Below, piece after piece: positions 37,792 to 48,368 of a stretch of DNA of 64,000 bases. The notes beneath the pieces are model-generated. The model worked only from the letters and a program-made list of their open reading frames with translations, ran no database searches and had not been told where the DNA came from. Position numbers and translations under genes: made by a program. The stretch comes from an uncultured delta proteobacterium (lineage in GTDB: Bacteria; Bdellovibrionota; FAC87; UBA2466), in the NCBI GenBank assembly GCA_963778115.1, contig CAVZSV010000004.1, positions 2,240,001-2,304,000 on the forward strand. The letters run 5' to 3'. Each line of letters starts with the position of its first letter. Within the stretch, counting starts at the first letter, position 1.

Positions 37792-38913
37792 TCAAGCTAC
37801 CGTTTCAATCCAGCCGCCGCCTATCAAACTATCTTCTCGGTAAAGCACGAGCGCTTGGCCGGGAGTGATAGCACGCTGAGGTTCGGTGAAGTGAATTTCC
37901 ACTCGCCTGTCGATCATGGGGTACACGACGACCGGGCTCTCTTTAGCGCGATAACGAATCTTGGCGTTAAACCCCTGAGGTTTATCCAGCTCCGGAGTGC
38001 CCACCCAGTTCATTTGGGCGACGGTACAACTTTTCTTGTAAAGCAAGACTTCAGGTCCTACGACGACTTCGCTGCGTTCTTGGCTCATGCCCACGACATA
38101 GAGGGGCTCTTTCCCCTGGACGCCCACCCCTTTACGCTGACCTAAAGTGAAGTGGTGAATGCCGGGATGTTCGCCCACCGCATTTCCCAAAGGATCCACA
38201 ATGAGTCCGGGCTTTAGCATAGAGGGAGGCACTCGCTCCTCAATAAATTGCCTATAGCTTTTATCTTGAACGAAACAGATCTCTTGGCTGTCGGGTTTGT
38301 CGGCGACGGCAAGACCCAACTCACGGGCCAGTTCCCTCACCTCTTTTTTCTCAAAGCCACCTACGGGAAATAGCGTTCTTCCTAAATCCTTTTGCCGCAT
38401 CGTGAACAGAAAATAGGACTGATCTTTAGCCGGATCTTTTCCTTTGCAGAGTTCGTATTCGTTGAGATCGGCATTGAAGCGAATATTGGCGTAATGGCCC
38501 GTCGCCAAATAGTCAGCCCCTAGATCCATCGCCCACTCCATCAAACGACTAAACTTCACTTTTTCATTGCAGCGTACGCAGGGGTTGGGAGTTCTTCCGT
38601 TAAGATATTCGTGGACGAAATCGTCGATGACCGATTCATTGAACTCTGTTTCCATGTTTTTCACATAGAACGGGATCTCTAACTTCTCCGCTACTCGGCG
38701 TGCGTCGGAAATATCGCTCAAAGAACAGCACGTACCAAACTTGTTTTCGAACTTAGCCGCGTAATCATGGAGTTGAAGGGAGATTCCTATGACTTGATAC
38801 CCCATGCGTTTTAGCCAACCTGCGGCCGCGGAGCTATCTACACCCCCACTCATGGCGACAACGACTTTGGCCCCTTTCTTGGGCATCAGCGGATTGTGAG
38901 AGAGAACAGGCAC
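37792..38913 (-). CDS. mnmA: tRNA 2-thiouridylase MnmA
   Basis: AMSGGVDSS, TPNPCVRCN, ATGHYA, KDQSYFL, DSQEICF. Confidence 0.97.
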   Translation of the reverse strand: MPVLSHNPLMPKKGAKVVVAMSGGVDSSAAAGWLKRMGYQVIGISLQLHDYAAKFENKFGTCCSLSDISDARRVAEKLEIPFYVKNMETEFNESVIDDFVHEYLNGRTPNPCVRCNEKVKFSRLMEWAMDLGADYLATGHYANIRFNADLNEYELCKGKDPAKDQSYFLFTMRQKDLGRTLFPVGGFEKKEVRELARELGLAVADKPDSQEICFVQDKSYRQFIEERVPPSMLKPGLIVDPLGNAVGEHPGIHHFTLGQRKGVGVQGKEPLYVVGMSQERSEVVVGPEVLLYKKSCTVAQMNWVGTPELDKPQGFNAKIRYRAKESPVVVYPMIDRRVEIHFTEPQRAITPGQALVLYREDSLIGGGWIETVA

Positions 38914-38976
38914 GATAGATCCTTAATTCCTTACTGTCCGGCGCGGTTCCTACGGTCTTAGTATCTCAGTACAAGC

Positions 38977-40122
38977 TTAGATGGCCTGGCGTCTAGCGCG
39001 GATACGTTTTACGTGGCTTATCACAAGGCTGGCAACGGTGTCGATCTCAGCTTCCGTGGAAGGGCGACCCCAGCTAATGCGCACACACTCGCGGGCTTCG
39101 GCCGTGGATAATCCCATCTCGGTAAGTACATGGCTGGGAGTCAGGGAGCCCGAAGCGCAGGCGGATCCCGCCGATACGGCAACCCCATCAAGATCGAGGG
39201 CGGTCAAAAGAGCATCGGCCGCGACAGCACAAAATCTAACGCTCGAGGTGTTGGGAAGACGCGGAGCGTTTTCCCCTTGGATCCAGACCTCTCCCAGCTC
39301 GTTTTTGAGTCGAGCTTCGAACTGGTCTCTTAAAATTTTGATTCGATTCCACTCAGTTACGTCGGGTAATTCATTGCAAGCTCCTGCAAATCCTGCAATG
39401 CCTAGGGCATTTTCGGTTCCCCCCCGCCGCTTTGTTTCCTGGCTTCCCCCGTAGTGGAGAGAGACCAAGGGCCATTTTATTGAAGCCAAAAGTGCACCAC
39501 ACCCCTTAGGGCCATGAATTTTGTGAGCACTTATCGAAACCATATCGGCCCCATTCCAGAAAGAAGGGGTTATCTTGCCGAAGGCCTGAACGCTATCGGT
39601 ATGAAAGGGGATGCCGGCTTGGCTACAAATCTTAGCCAACTCGGGGATGGGAAACAGAACCCCCGTCTCGTTGTTGGCGGTCATAAAGGTAACCAAGTGG
39701 GGATGGAAAGATTTGAGCTTCGCTTCGAAATCTTCCTTATCCAGTTCGCCGGTCTTAAGAACCCGGACCTTTTCGACTTTGGCCCCCTGCGTTTCCAAGA
39801 AGCAAAACGTTCCTTTGACCGAGGAGTGCTCCACACCGGACGTAAGAATCCTAAAAGGCCGCTCTTTATTTGCCCAAAAGCTCCCTATCAAAGCCATCGT
39901 ATTAGACTCGGCCCCGCCAGAAGTGAAGACAATGTCTTCGGCCGCTCTTCCGGTCTTGGAAGCCACCGCGTTTCGGAAACTGGCCAATAATTCTGAGGCC
40001 TTGCGCCCGAGCGCGTGGGTCGAAGAGGGGTTGCCCCAATGGGTTAATATCTTTTCCATCTCGTTTTGCGCGCCACGTCCGAGCGGAGTGGTAGCGTTGT
40101 AGTCAGCACAGATCATAAGCAC
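38977..40122 (-). CDS. iscS: Cysteine desulfurase (IscS/NifS)
   Basis: DYNATTP, GNPSS, SAHKIHGPKG, SAGSAC; next to mnmA. Confidence 0.88.
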   Translation of the reverse strand: MLMICADYNATTPLGRGAQNEMEKILTHWGNPSSTHALGRKASELLASFRNAVASKTGRAAEDIVFTSGGAESNTMALIGSFWANKERPFRILTSGVEHSSVKGTFCFLETQGAKVEKVRVLKTGELDKEDFEAKLKSFHPHLVTFMTANNETGVLFPIPELAKICSQAGIPFHTDSVQAFGKITPSFWNGADMVSISAHKIHGPKGCGALLASIKWPLVSLHYGGSQETKRRGGTENALGIAGFAGACNELPDVTEWNRIKILRDQFEARLKNELGEVWIQGENAPRLPNTSSVRFCAVAADALLTALDLDGVAVSAGSACASGSLTPSHVLTEMGLSTAEARECVRISWGRPSTEAEIDTVASLVISHVKRIRARRQAI

Positions 40123-40196
40123 CTAATTTACCCCAATAAATGACGACAAGGAAAGCTCTGGTTCAAGTTAACCCTTTGTGAAAGAATGCGGCCGTT

Positions 40197-42497
40197 TTGA
40201 TGGAAAGCACGCAAGAAACCAGGGAGAGCCGAAGAAGGAAACGGGAGAAAGTCCTTATCTTTGTCCTATTCTGCGTCCTTGCGATCTTTACCGCGGTCGA
40301 AGTTCATCTACTGCGTTTAAGCAGCAAACTGCCCTTCGTAAACAGCATCTTTTTCTTTGGGCTCATGAATCTCAACATTGTTTTGATCATGCTGCTTTTG
40401 TTTCTGGTGTTTCGAAATGCGGTAAAACTTATTTTGGACGAACGACGCGGTCAATTGGGGTCTCGTCTTAAGACGAGGCTCGTTTTCTGTTTCATGCTCT
40501 TTGCGATCATTCCGACCGTTTTCCTTTTCACTATTTCGGCGTTCTATATCAAAGCCAGTTTCGATAAGTGGTCGAACATCAAAGTAGGAGGAACCCTACA
40601 ACGAAGCATCGAGGTGGTAAGAAACTATTACGATAACACCGAAAGGAATGCCAGCCACTTTGCGCGCAAGATAGCTCTCTCTTTAGAAGGAGTCGAACGG
40701 AATAACGACGTACTTCAAAAGAAACTTCAAGAAGCGCGAATGGAATACGGTCTGGATGCCGTGGAGTACTACGCCGATCCTTTTACCCCCAGAATCCTCT
40801 CCGTCCATCCGGATCGGAGTGACAATATTCCCTCGGCGTCTTTAGAAACGCTGCGCAGACTCTTTTCAGGGACCAACGAATGTAAGGTACAGAACGTGGG
40901 GGCGGGTGAGTTAATTCGCTGCGGCTCTTACTTGGGTGCCGGCAAAGGCGGAATTTTTGCTGACTACTTTATTCCTTTGGGTCTTGCTTCTCAGCTGTCG
41001 GAGATCTCTTTGACCTATGAGGACTATCGAACCGACAACCCTCTCAATTATCCGATTAAATCGACGTATTTTGCTATTCTCTCCATGGTTACGTTGCTCA
41101 TTCTTTTTTCGGCGAGTTGGACGGGTTTTTATGTGGCCCGTCGATTAACAGTCCCGCTCGAAGAGCTGGCTAAGGGGACCGAGCAGATCGCTCACGGCAA
41201 TTTGGATTATCAAATACCGCGATCGGGTAGCGATGAATTGGCCAAACTTATCGAATCTTTCAATAAGATGACCAAAGATCTAAAGAGCAATAAGCAGCAT
41301 ATTGAAGCCAATCACGCGCACTTAAGAAAAATGAACGACGAATTAGATCACCGCCGTCGTTATATAGAAGTGCTTTTGGAAAGTGTCCAGTCCGGTGTCA
41401 TCTCGTTGGATGAACGCGGCCATATCTGGGTTGTGAATCCAGCGGCGAGTAGGCTGCTTCGTTTGGCGCCCACCGATCTTTTGGGAAAGCCCTATTGGGC
41501 TATCATTCCTGAAGAGAATCGCGCCGAGTTTAGGGAAATGTTAATGACGGTTTATGGAACGGCAAAGCCAATTCGTCGGGAGCTTAGGATTCGAACGGAA
41601 AATAATGAGTGGGTAACTTTATTGGTTACTCTGAGTGCTCTTAGAGACGAGCAGAAAAAACAGTTGGGAGTCGTAGGAGTTCTCGACGACGTTACCGAAA
41701 TTCAAAAGATGCAGAGAATGAGTGCGTGGCGTGAGGTGGCCAAAAGAATCGCCCATGAGATCAAAAACCCTCTGACGCCCATTCAGCTTTCCGTTCAAAG
41801 GCTCAGGCGTCGTTATCTCGATAAGATCGCCGACGATGGCACGTTCGATGAAGCCACTCACATCATTTTAAAAGAGGTGGAGTCGCTTCGATTACTGGTG
41901 AGCGAATTCTCTTCCTTTGCAAGGCTTCCTGAGATTCGCCAGGTTCCCGATGATCTCAATGAAGTCTGTTTGGAAGCCTTGAATCTTTTTCGCGCGGCTC
42001 ATGAAAGAATCATGTTTGATATCGATTTGGAGTCGAGCCTTCCGCGTATGGAGTTGGATAGAGGACAGCTTAAGAGAGTTCTCATTAACCTTTTCGACAA
42101 TGCGGTAACGGCGATGCGCGGTGAAGGAACGATTCAAGTCATTACGAAATACGATCGGACTCGGGGGCTTATCCTCTTAAGTGTTACCGACGGAGGAAGC
42201 GGTATCGAGAGCGGGGCGTACGAACAGCTTTTCGAACCCTATTTTTCGACAAAACAAGGCGGTACGGGGCTGGGACTAGCCATCGTCCAGAGAATCGTGA
42301 CCGATCATGGGGCCTTCGTGAGAGTAGTCGCTAACGAGCCGAAAGGGGTACGATTTGTGATAGAGTTTCCCGATAGTCTGGTGGTCGGCGGAAAATCGCG
42401 CGGGACCATAGCAGTTGCCGTCGGGGAGCCGGATCCGCCAGCGGCTGCTGTTCACGGTGGAAACGAAAACGATCCGAAAGAGCACAGGGAGATTTAG
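40197..42497 (+). CDS. ntrY: NtrY-like HAMP/PAS sensor histidine kinase
   Basis: AWREVAKRIAHEIKNPLTPIQLS, YFSTKQGGTGLGL; N-terminal GSRLKTRLV. Confidence 0.85.
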   Translation: MMESTQETRESRRRKREKVLIFVLFCVLAIFTAVEVHLLRLSSKLPFVNSIFFFGLMNLNIVLIMLLLFLVFRNAVKLILDERRGQLGSRLKTRLVFCFMLFAIIPTVFLFTISAFYIKASFDKWSNIKVGGTLQRSIEVVRNYYDNTERNASHFARKIALSLEGVERNNDVLQKKLQEARMEYGLDAVEYYADPFTPRILSVHPDRSDNIPSASLETLRRLFSGTNECKVQNVGAGELIRCGSYLGAGKGGIFADYFIPLGLASQLSEISLTYEDYRTDNPLNYPIKSTYFAILSMVTLLILFSASWTGFYVARRLTVPLEELAKGTEQIAHGNLDYQIPRSGSDELAKLIESFNKMTKDLKSNKQHIEANHAHLRKMNDELDHRRRYIEVLLESVQSGVISLDERGHIWVVNPAASRLLRLAPTDLLGKPYWAIIPEENRAEFREMLMTVYGTAKPIRRELRIRTENNEWVTLLVTLSALRDEQKKQLGVVGVLDDVTEIQKMQRMSAWREVAKRIAHEIKNPLTPIQLSVQRLRRRYLDKIADDGTFDEATHIILKEVESLRLLVSEFSSFARLPEIRQVPDDLNEVCLEALNLFRAAHERIMFDIDLESSLPRMELDRGQLKRVLINLFDNAVTAMRGEGTIQVITKYDRTRGLILLSVTDGGSGIESGAYEQLFEPYFSTKQGGTGLGLAIVQRIVTDHGAFVRVVANEPKGVRFVIEFPDSLVVGGKSRGTIAVAVGEPDPPAAAVHGGNENDPKEHREI

Positions 42498-42503
42498 ACG
42501 ATT

Positions 42504-43907
42504 ATGGTGTTGAAGCGGGTCTTATTAATTGATGACGAAGAGAACATTCTCGCCTCTCTCAAAGGGGTGTTGGAGGATGAGGGCTTTGTCGTGGAGACCG
42601 CAAAAAGTGGGGCTTTGGGGCTTCAAATATTGAAGCGTTTTCGCGCGGACGTCATTTTCTTGGATATCTGGATGCCCGAAGAAGATGGCATCTCGGTACT
42701 TCAAAAAATCCGCAGGAACGACAGCCAAGTCAATGTAGTGATGATGTCGGGACATGGCACTGTCGAAACCGCCGTGAAGACGATAAAGCTTGGAGCTTTC
42801 GATTTTCTCGAAAAACCGCTTCACTTTGATAAGGTCTTGCTGCTTCTTAAACACGTCTTTGATCTAAGAGAGTTAGAGAACGAAAATCGCTATCTTCGTG
42901 AGGAACTCCACGAAGAGGAAAAGCTTATCGGTGAAAGTCCGGTCATGGTGAGACTCAAACATCTGATATCGGTTGCGGCACCTTCAAATGGCTGGGTCTT
43001 GCTGACGGGCGAAAACGGAACGGGAAAAGAATTAGTAGCGCGGGCTTTGCACCACGGGAGTCCGAGATCCCGCGAGCGCTTTGTTGCCGTCAATTGTGCC
43101 GCGATTCCTGATGAGTTGATCGAAAGCGAACTTTTCGGACATGAAAAGGGCTCTTTTACCGGGGCGCATGACCGTAAGATCGGGAAATTTGAACAAGCTC
43201 ACGGAGGAACCCTCTTTCTGGATGAAGTGGGGGACATGGGGCTTAAGATGCAGGCTAAGATTCTTAGAGCTCTTCAAGAAAGCAGTGTCCAGCGTGTAGG
43301 CGGGGACGAACCCATTGAACTCGATCTGAGGGTAATCGCCGCGACCAACAAAGATCTCAGAAAGAGTATTAAGAACGGCGAATTTCGGGAAGATCTGTAC
43401 TTTCGTCTCAACGTAATTCCCATTGTGGTCCCGCCCTTACGTAGCCGGAAAGAAGATGTCGCGGGCCTTGTGGATCATTTCATGCGGCGTTACTCAGCCG
43501 GTAAGACCAGACGTGTCACTGAACCGACCCTTCGCCTTTTGCAAAGTTATCCTTGGCCGGGTAATGTTCGAGAGTTGAAGAACTGGGTGGAGAGAGCGTG
43601 TTTACTTTCTAACTCGGACGTCATCGAGCCTTTAGGATTAGATCCTCTGGACACCCTTGAGGGTGATATGGGCCATGCAGAAGCCGGCCAAGGTGAGATG
43701 TCGGGTGTCGGCGCCTCCGGAGACGTTTTTGGATTTGCAGAGAAAAGTTTGCGGAGCGCGCGGGCCGTTTTCGAAAAGCAATTCATTATGAGAATGCTGG
43801 CCGAAAACGGAGGCAACATCTCAAGGACGGCACAGACCATCGGAGTCGAACGGAGCCATCTTCACAAGAAGATGAAACTTTACGGCATCGAGATATCGGG
43901 AAACTAA
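42504..43907 (+). CDS. ntrX: NtrX-like sigma-54-type response regulator
   Basis: REC (LDIWMP), [14 protein letters not shown], Fis HTH; follows ntrY. Confidence 0.85.
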   Translation: MVLKRVLLIDDEENILASLKGVLEDEGFVVETAKSGALGLQILKRFRADVIFLDIWMPEEDGISVLQKIRRNDSQVNVVMMSGHGTVETAVKTIKLGAFDFLEKPLHFDKVLLLLKHVFDLRELENENRYLREELHEEEKLIGESPVMVRLKHLISVAAPSNGWVLLTGENGTGKELVARALHHGSPRSRERFVAVNCAAIPDELIESELFGHEKGSFTGAHDRKIGKFEQAHGGTLFLDEVGDMGLKMQAKILRALQESSVQRVGGDEPIELDLRVIAATNKDLRKSIKNGEFREDLYFRLNVIPIVVPPLRSRKEDVAGLVDHFMRRYSAGKTRRVTEPTLRLLQSYPWPGNVRELKNWVERACLLSNSDVIEPLGLDPLDTLEGDMGHAEAGQGEMSGVGASGDVFGFAEKSLRSARAVFEKQFIMRMLAENGGNISRTAQTIGVERSHLHKKMKLYGIEISGN

Positions 43908-43908
43908 A

Positions 43909-44982
43909 ATGTTAGCTTTTAACGGAAATAAAGTACGTCGTCGAAAAACGCGCGAGATTACGGTGGGGCCCGTAAAACTGGGTGGGAATAATCCCATTCG
44001 AGTGCAGTCCATGACGACACCCAAGACCGTCGACGTTGATGAGGTCGTAAAACAGACCTTGGCTTTGGAAGCCGCCGGATGCGAGATTATCAGAATTACC
44101 GTTAACGAGACAGAGGCGGCCGAAGCGCTTCCTCGTATCTTGGAGAGGATCCACATTCCGGTCGTCGCGGATGTCCACTTTGATTACAAAATGGCGATGG
44201 AATCGCTGGACCACGGCATTGGCTGTGTCAGAATCAATCCGGGAAATATCGGAGCGGAGTGGAAGACTCTTGAAGTCATCAAGAAGGCCAAGGACCGCGG
44301 AGTTAGCATCCGTATTGGGGTGAATGCCGGCTCACTCGAGAAGGCGCTTCTCAAGAAATATGGGCATCCGACTCCAGAGGCTTTGGTGGAGAGTGCGCTT
44401 TCTCATATTGCCCTTTTGGAGAAAAACGATTTCTATAATTTCAAAGTGTCCATCAAGTCGTCTGATGTGATTTCTAACTACCAGGCCTACGCTTTACTTT
44501 CCGAACACACGGAAGCGCCGCTTCATGTAGGGGTCACCGAAGCGGGTACGAAGAATTACGGGACGGTGAAATCAGCCGTAGGTATTGGCAGTCTATTGCT
44601 TGCCGGAATCGGCGACACCATTCGAGTTTCGCTAAGTACCGACCCCGTCGAAGAGGCTAAAGCCGGGGTGTTTATTCTTAAATCGCTGGGTCTCAAAGAC
44701 GACGCCCCGGAGATTATTGCATGTCCCAGCTGCGGACGCGCCGATATCGATGTCTATAAGCTGGCCGAAGAGGTCGAGCGTCGGGCGTTGGGATTGAAGA
44801 AAAATATTAAGATCGCCGTCATGGGATGTGTGGTCAACGGGCCCGGAGAATCCATGGAAGCCGACATTGGAATTGCCGGCGGCAAAGGTGAAGGGCTCGT
44901 CTACAAGAAAGGTAAAGCGATCAAGAAAGTACCCGAAAGCGAAATGCTTGCCTACCTAATGAGCGAAATCGAAAGAATGTAA
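43909..44982 (+). CDS. ispG: 4-hydroxy-3-methylbut-2-en-1-yl diphosphate synthase
   Basis: VQSMT, ADVHFD, RINPGNIG, CPSCGR, MGCVVNGPGE. Confidence 0.97.
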   Translation: MLAFNGNKVRRRKTREITVGPVKLGGNNPIRVQSMTTPKTVDVDEVVKQTLALEAAGCEIIRITVNETEAAEALPRILERIHIPVVADVHFDYKMAMESLDHGIGCVRINPGNIGAEWKTLEVIKKAKDRGVSIRIGVNAGSLEKALLKKYGHPTPEALVESALSHIALLEKNDFYNFKVSIKSSDVISNYQAYALLSEHTEAPLHVGVTEAGTKNYGTVKSAVGIGSLLLAGIGDTIRVSLSTDPVEEAKAGVFILKSLGLKDDAPEIIACPSCGRADIDVYKLAEEVERRALGLKKNIKIAVMGCVVNGPGESMEADIGIAGGKGEGLVYKKGKAIKKVPESEMLAYLMSEIERM

Positions 44983-44989
44983 CTTCGTT

Positions 44990-45700
44990 CTAGCAGCCCG
45001 TACTGACGCCACAGATATCGATGCCGTAATCGCGAATGACCTGGTTGAACAGATCCTGACTCTCGTCAGAGTCCGTACGTATGAAGTGGTTGGTTCCCGT
45101 CACAGGTTGTGTTCCTACTCCGAGTACCGTTATGGTGCGGTCCGAGGAATTAAACGCGGGACTTCCCGAATCTCCTTGGGCGAGCGAAGGTCCGCTCGGA
45201 GAAGAGATAAGTTCCATCGCCGTCACTTGCGTCACCGTGGACTGTCCTTCGGAAAGGATTACTTTGCTGTCGTGGGTGAAATCGTTCTGCCCATAACCCA
45301 GAAAGGTGATGGAGTCTCCCACTTGAGCGCTTCCTCCGACGTTAACGCCTCTGATAGGAACTACGTCATCGAAAATGACAGCCACCGCGAGATCGTGTCC
45401 AAGAGTATTGACGTAAGGGCTGATTACCCCCAATGCGCTATAGGTTCTTCCCTCCATTTGGAAAGTGACCAGAGGATCTTTTGCGTTAACACAGTGTGCA
45501 GTCATCAGTACCGCGCGCGGACCGATGATGGTCCCGGTACAACTGGATGTTCCGCTAGTGAGTTGAATAACTTCGGGATATAGAGCTGCGTTGACAGGTT
45601 CTCCCCCTAGTACGTGAGTGGAAATGGGGGTGGCTGAAAGGGAACTGACCCACAAAAACAGAAAAACAGGGCACAGCTTTCCAAATCGTTTGATTGGCAT
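44990..45700 (-). CDS. Secreted trypsin-like serine protease
   Basis: CTGTIIG...TAHC, HDLAV, GDSGSP; signal peptide. Confidence 0.9.
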   Translation of the reverse strand: MPIKRFGKLCPVFLFLWVSSLSATPISTHVLGGEPVNAALYPEVIQLTSGTSSCTGTIIGPRAVLMTAHCVNAKDPLVTFQMEGRTYSALGVISPYVNTLGHDLAVAVIFDDVVPIRGVNVGGSAQVGDSITFLGYGQNDFTHDSKVILSEGQSTVTQVTAMELISSPSGPSLAQGDSGSPAFNSSDRTITVLGVGTQPVTGTNHFIRTDSDESQDLFNQVIRDYGIDICGVSTGC

Positions 45701-45880
45701 GGAAGGCCTCCGCTGGGAAGTTGGGATTAGTAAGGCATGAATCTAAAGACTGTATTTAGTCTAGCACCGAGAGCCGCGCCCAACAAGCGGGTTGCGCCAA
45801 AAAGGGCTCGGGAGCCTTGAACCAACTCGTTTTTGCAAATCCGCTTTTTTGGCAGCTTCTTTTAAGATAGGCTGCCCTTC

Positions 45881-47308
45881 ATGACTAGCCGTATTACAGC
45901 GCGCTCCAAAGATTTCAATGAGTGGTATACCGACGTTATCAACCACGCGAAGTTAGCTGATTACAGTCCGGTAAGAGGTTGTTTGGTCCTTAGACCGAAC
46001 GGATATGCGCTCTGGGAAATTGTCCAAAACGATCTCAATCGAAGATTTAAAGCTACGGGCCATCGGAACGCTTACTTTCCCATGTTCATTCCGGAAAGTT
46101 TTCTGAAAAAAGAAAAAGATCATGTGGAGGGTTTTGCTCCTCAGTGTGCTGTCGTTACCCATGGGGGAGGAAAAAAGTTAGAAGAGCCCTTAATCGTGCG
46201 CCCTACTTCGGAGACGATCATAAATGCGATGTATTCGAAGTGGGTCCAAAGCTATCGAGATCTTCCTATCTTGATTAACCAATGGGCGAATGTCGTTCGC
46301 TGGGAAATGCGAACTCGCCCCTTCTTGCGAACGATGGAATTTTTGTGGCAGGAAGGGCACACCTGCCATGAGACCGAAGAGGAAGCGAAACGAGAGACTT
46401 TGAAGATGCTCGACATTTACCAAACTTTCTTGCGAGAGATCTTTGCCATTCCTGTGGTGCCGGGGCAAAAGAGTGAATCCGAAAAATTCGCCGGGGCCCT
46501 GCAAACCTATTGTGTAGAAGCGATGATGCAGGACAAAAAAGCGCTTCAAGCAGCGACGTCACACTATTTTGGAACACGATTCGCGGAAGTATTTGATATC
46601 AAGTTTCAGGATAGAAACGGCCAAAACCAATTTGTACACCAAACCAGTTGGGGTATTTCAACCAGGATTATCGGCGCTCTCATTATGACACATAGTGACG
46701 ATCAAGGGCTGGTGCTCCCCCCGAAAGCCGCCCCCATCCCGGTAGTGATTGTTCCCATTATCAGTAAGGGGAAAGACAACGCCCCCGTTCTTGAAGTGGC
46801 TCGAAAGTTTGCCAAGGAGATTGGAAAGGTTGTCCCTGTTCATCTCGACGATCGAGAAGAACATAGTGCGGGTTATAAGTTTAATGAATGGGAGGTACAG
46901 GGAATTCCGGTACGATTGGAAATCGGCCCCCGAGATCTGGCCGATAACGCCTGCGTCATCGCCCGTAGAGACGGAATAAAGACCAAGGTAAAGCTGGATG
47001 AAGCGGTAGCTTCGGTTCATCGTACGCTAGAAGAATTCCAAATAGCCCTTTACGAAAAGGCCCGCAAATTTCTGGAAAGTAACACTTTCCTAGAAAATGA
47101 CTGGGATAAGTTTAAGGAGCGGGTCGAAGCCGAAGGTGGTTTTTACCAAATGCATTGGTGCGGGGGGGCCGATTGCGAAAATAAGGTAAAAGAGCAGACC
47201 AAAGCGACCATTCGTTGCCTTCCCTTTCAGCAGATAAGAGAAAATTCGACCTGTATTTACTGTAAGGCTCCTTCTACGGGGCGCGTTATTTTCGCCCGAA
47301 GTTACTAG
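45881..47308 (+). CDS. proS: Proline--tRNA ligase (archaeal/eukaryote-like type)
   Basis: RPTSET, VRWEMRTRPFLRTMEFLWQEGHT, C-terminal Zn domain ending FARSY. Confidence 0.97.
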   Translation: MTSRITARSKDFNEWYTDVINHAKLADYSPVRGCLVLRPNGYALWEIVQNDLNRRFKATGHRNAYFPMFIPESFLKKEKDHVEGFAPQCAVVTHGGGKKLEEPLIVRPTSETIINAMYSKWVQSYRDLPILINQWANVVRWEMRTRPFLRTMEFLWQEGHTCHETEEEAKRETLKMLDIYQTFLREIFAIPVVPGQKSESEKFAGALQTYCVEAMMQDKKALQAATSHYFGTRFAEVFDIKFQDRNGQNQFVHQTSWGISTRIIGALIMTHSDDQGLVLPPKAAPIPVVIVPIISKGKDNAPVLEVARKFAKEIGKVVPVHLDDREEHSAGYKFNEWEVQGIPVRLEIGPRDLADNACVIARRDGIKTKVKLDEAVASVHRTLEEFQIALYEKARKFLESNTFLENDWDKFKERVEAEGGFYQMHWCGGADCENKVKEQTKATIRCLPFQQIRENSTCIYCKAPSTGRVIFARSY

Positions 47309-47372
47309 TGCAAACCTCAAAAATGAAATTGCTGCTCTAGTTCTTTGTCCGCTCGTCAGGTACACTTAGGGT

Positions 47373-48308
47373 GTGTCCCCCCTAAACTTAACTTCACGTC
47401 AATTGCAGGCGCCCCTCTTTGTCCGAGGGAAGATCTATCTGTTGATTACCGTTTTAATGACGGTTGGGATTTCTAGCGTTCACGCGGAACTCACAGCGAC
47501 GGACCCGAATGCGGTCCCGGCGATTCCTCAGGCAGCAACGGATCCGGCAGCAGCCACCGCTCCAGCGGCTACTGCAGCCCCTGCGGCAGCTGCTCAACCG
47601 GCGGCCGCCGCTCCGGTTGCCGCTGCAGCAACCGCTTCACCAGCACCGGCGTCGACTCCTGCGCCAGCGGCCACCGCGAGTGACAATAAGTCCAGTGACG
47701 AAAAGGCCAAGACCGAAGGGACCAACGAAGACACTCCCGAATTTGATTTCGAAAATGAAAAAGCATTTATGGACGTTCCGGATGCTCTACGAAGCAGACA
47801 ATTCGTTCATCGTGCGATTCTTTCCACGATCATTCGAGACACCTCCAAAGTCGCTTTAGGAAATTACTATTTTAGCCCGATGCTTGGGTTCGATGCGATC
47901 TACCAGCCGGCAAATCGCGGTGGGGACTCGTTCGCAAAATATGTAACCGGAATTTTCGGACTAGGATTTGGATATGCGGGAAAGACGGGGAATACCTATG
48001 AATTGGATTGGGACATTTCGGGGGTGAGTAACCTCTCGCTCTCTTACCGAAAGCTTTTCCGATCGGATACGGTTACGTTCTGGCCATTTTTGGGTGGCGG
48101 TGTGGGAACCCAATTTTCAGTCATTAATCTATCGGGAGTTCCCGTTGAAGCTCGCGTATACGAGGGGAGCACCAAAATGGTTTTCGCTCTTCTGGGCGCT
48201 GTGATTCCCTTGGTCGACGTTGCCATTAAAGTGGAAACAAGATTTTGCTTTTATGGATTGGATCGCTTGATGCTAACTACGGGCATCGGAGCGGTGTTTT
48301 TCTTGTAG
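47373..48308 (+). CDS. Hypothetical exported protein, Ala/Pro linker + probable C-terminal beta-barrel
   Basis: Signal peptide, AP-rich tract, amphipathic strands (WPFLGGGVG, TTGIGAVFFL). Confidence 0.65.
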   Translation: MSPLNLTSRQLQAPLFVRGKIYLLITVLMTVGISSVHAELTATDPNAVPAIPQAATDPAAATAPAATAAPAAAAQPAAAAPVAAAATASPAPASTPAPAATASDNKSSDEKAKTEGTNEDTPEFDFENEKAFMDVPDALRSRQFVHRAILSTIIRDTSKVALGNYYFSPMLGFDAIYQPANRGGDSFAKYVTGIFGLGFGYAGKTGNTYELDWDISGVSNLSLSYRKLFRSDTVTFWPFLGGGVGTQFSVINLSGVPVEARVYEGSTKMVFALLGAVIPLVDVAIKVETRFCFYGLDRLMLTTGIGAVFFL

Positions 48309-48368
48309 TTAAGACCTAAACCTCGCAAAAACCAGACCTAGCACTAGCGTTATTATCTAGATCTGCCT

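Noticed and set aside
38981..40102. Long antisense ORFs over iscS and similar shadow ORFs throughout the track
   Set aside because: They overlap well-supported genes on the other strand or frame and have no recognisable motifs.
43141..43170. GSFTGA instead of GAFTGA in the NtrX-like regulator
   Set aside because: A known natural variant of this loop; not enough to claim altered function.
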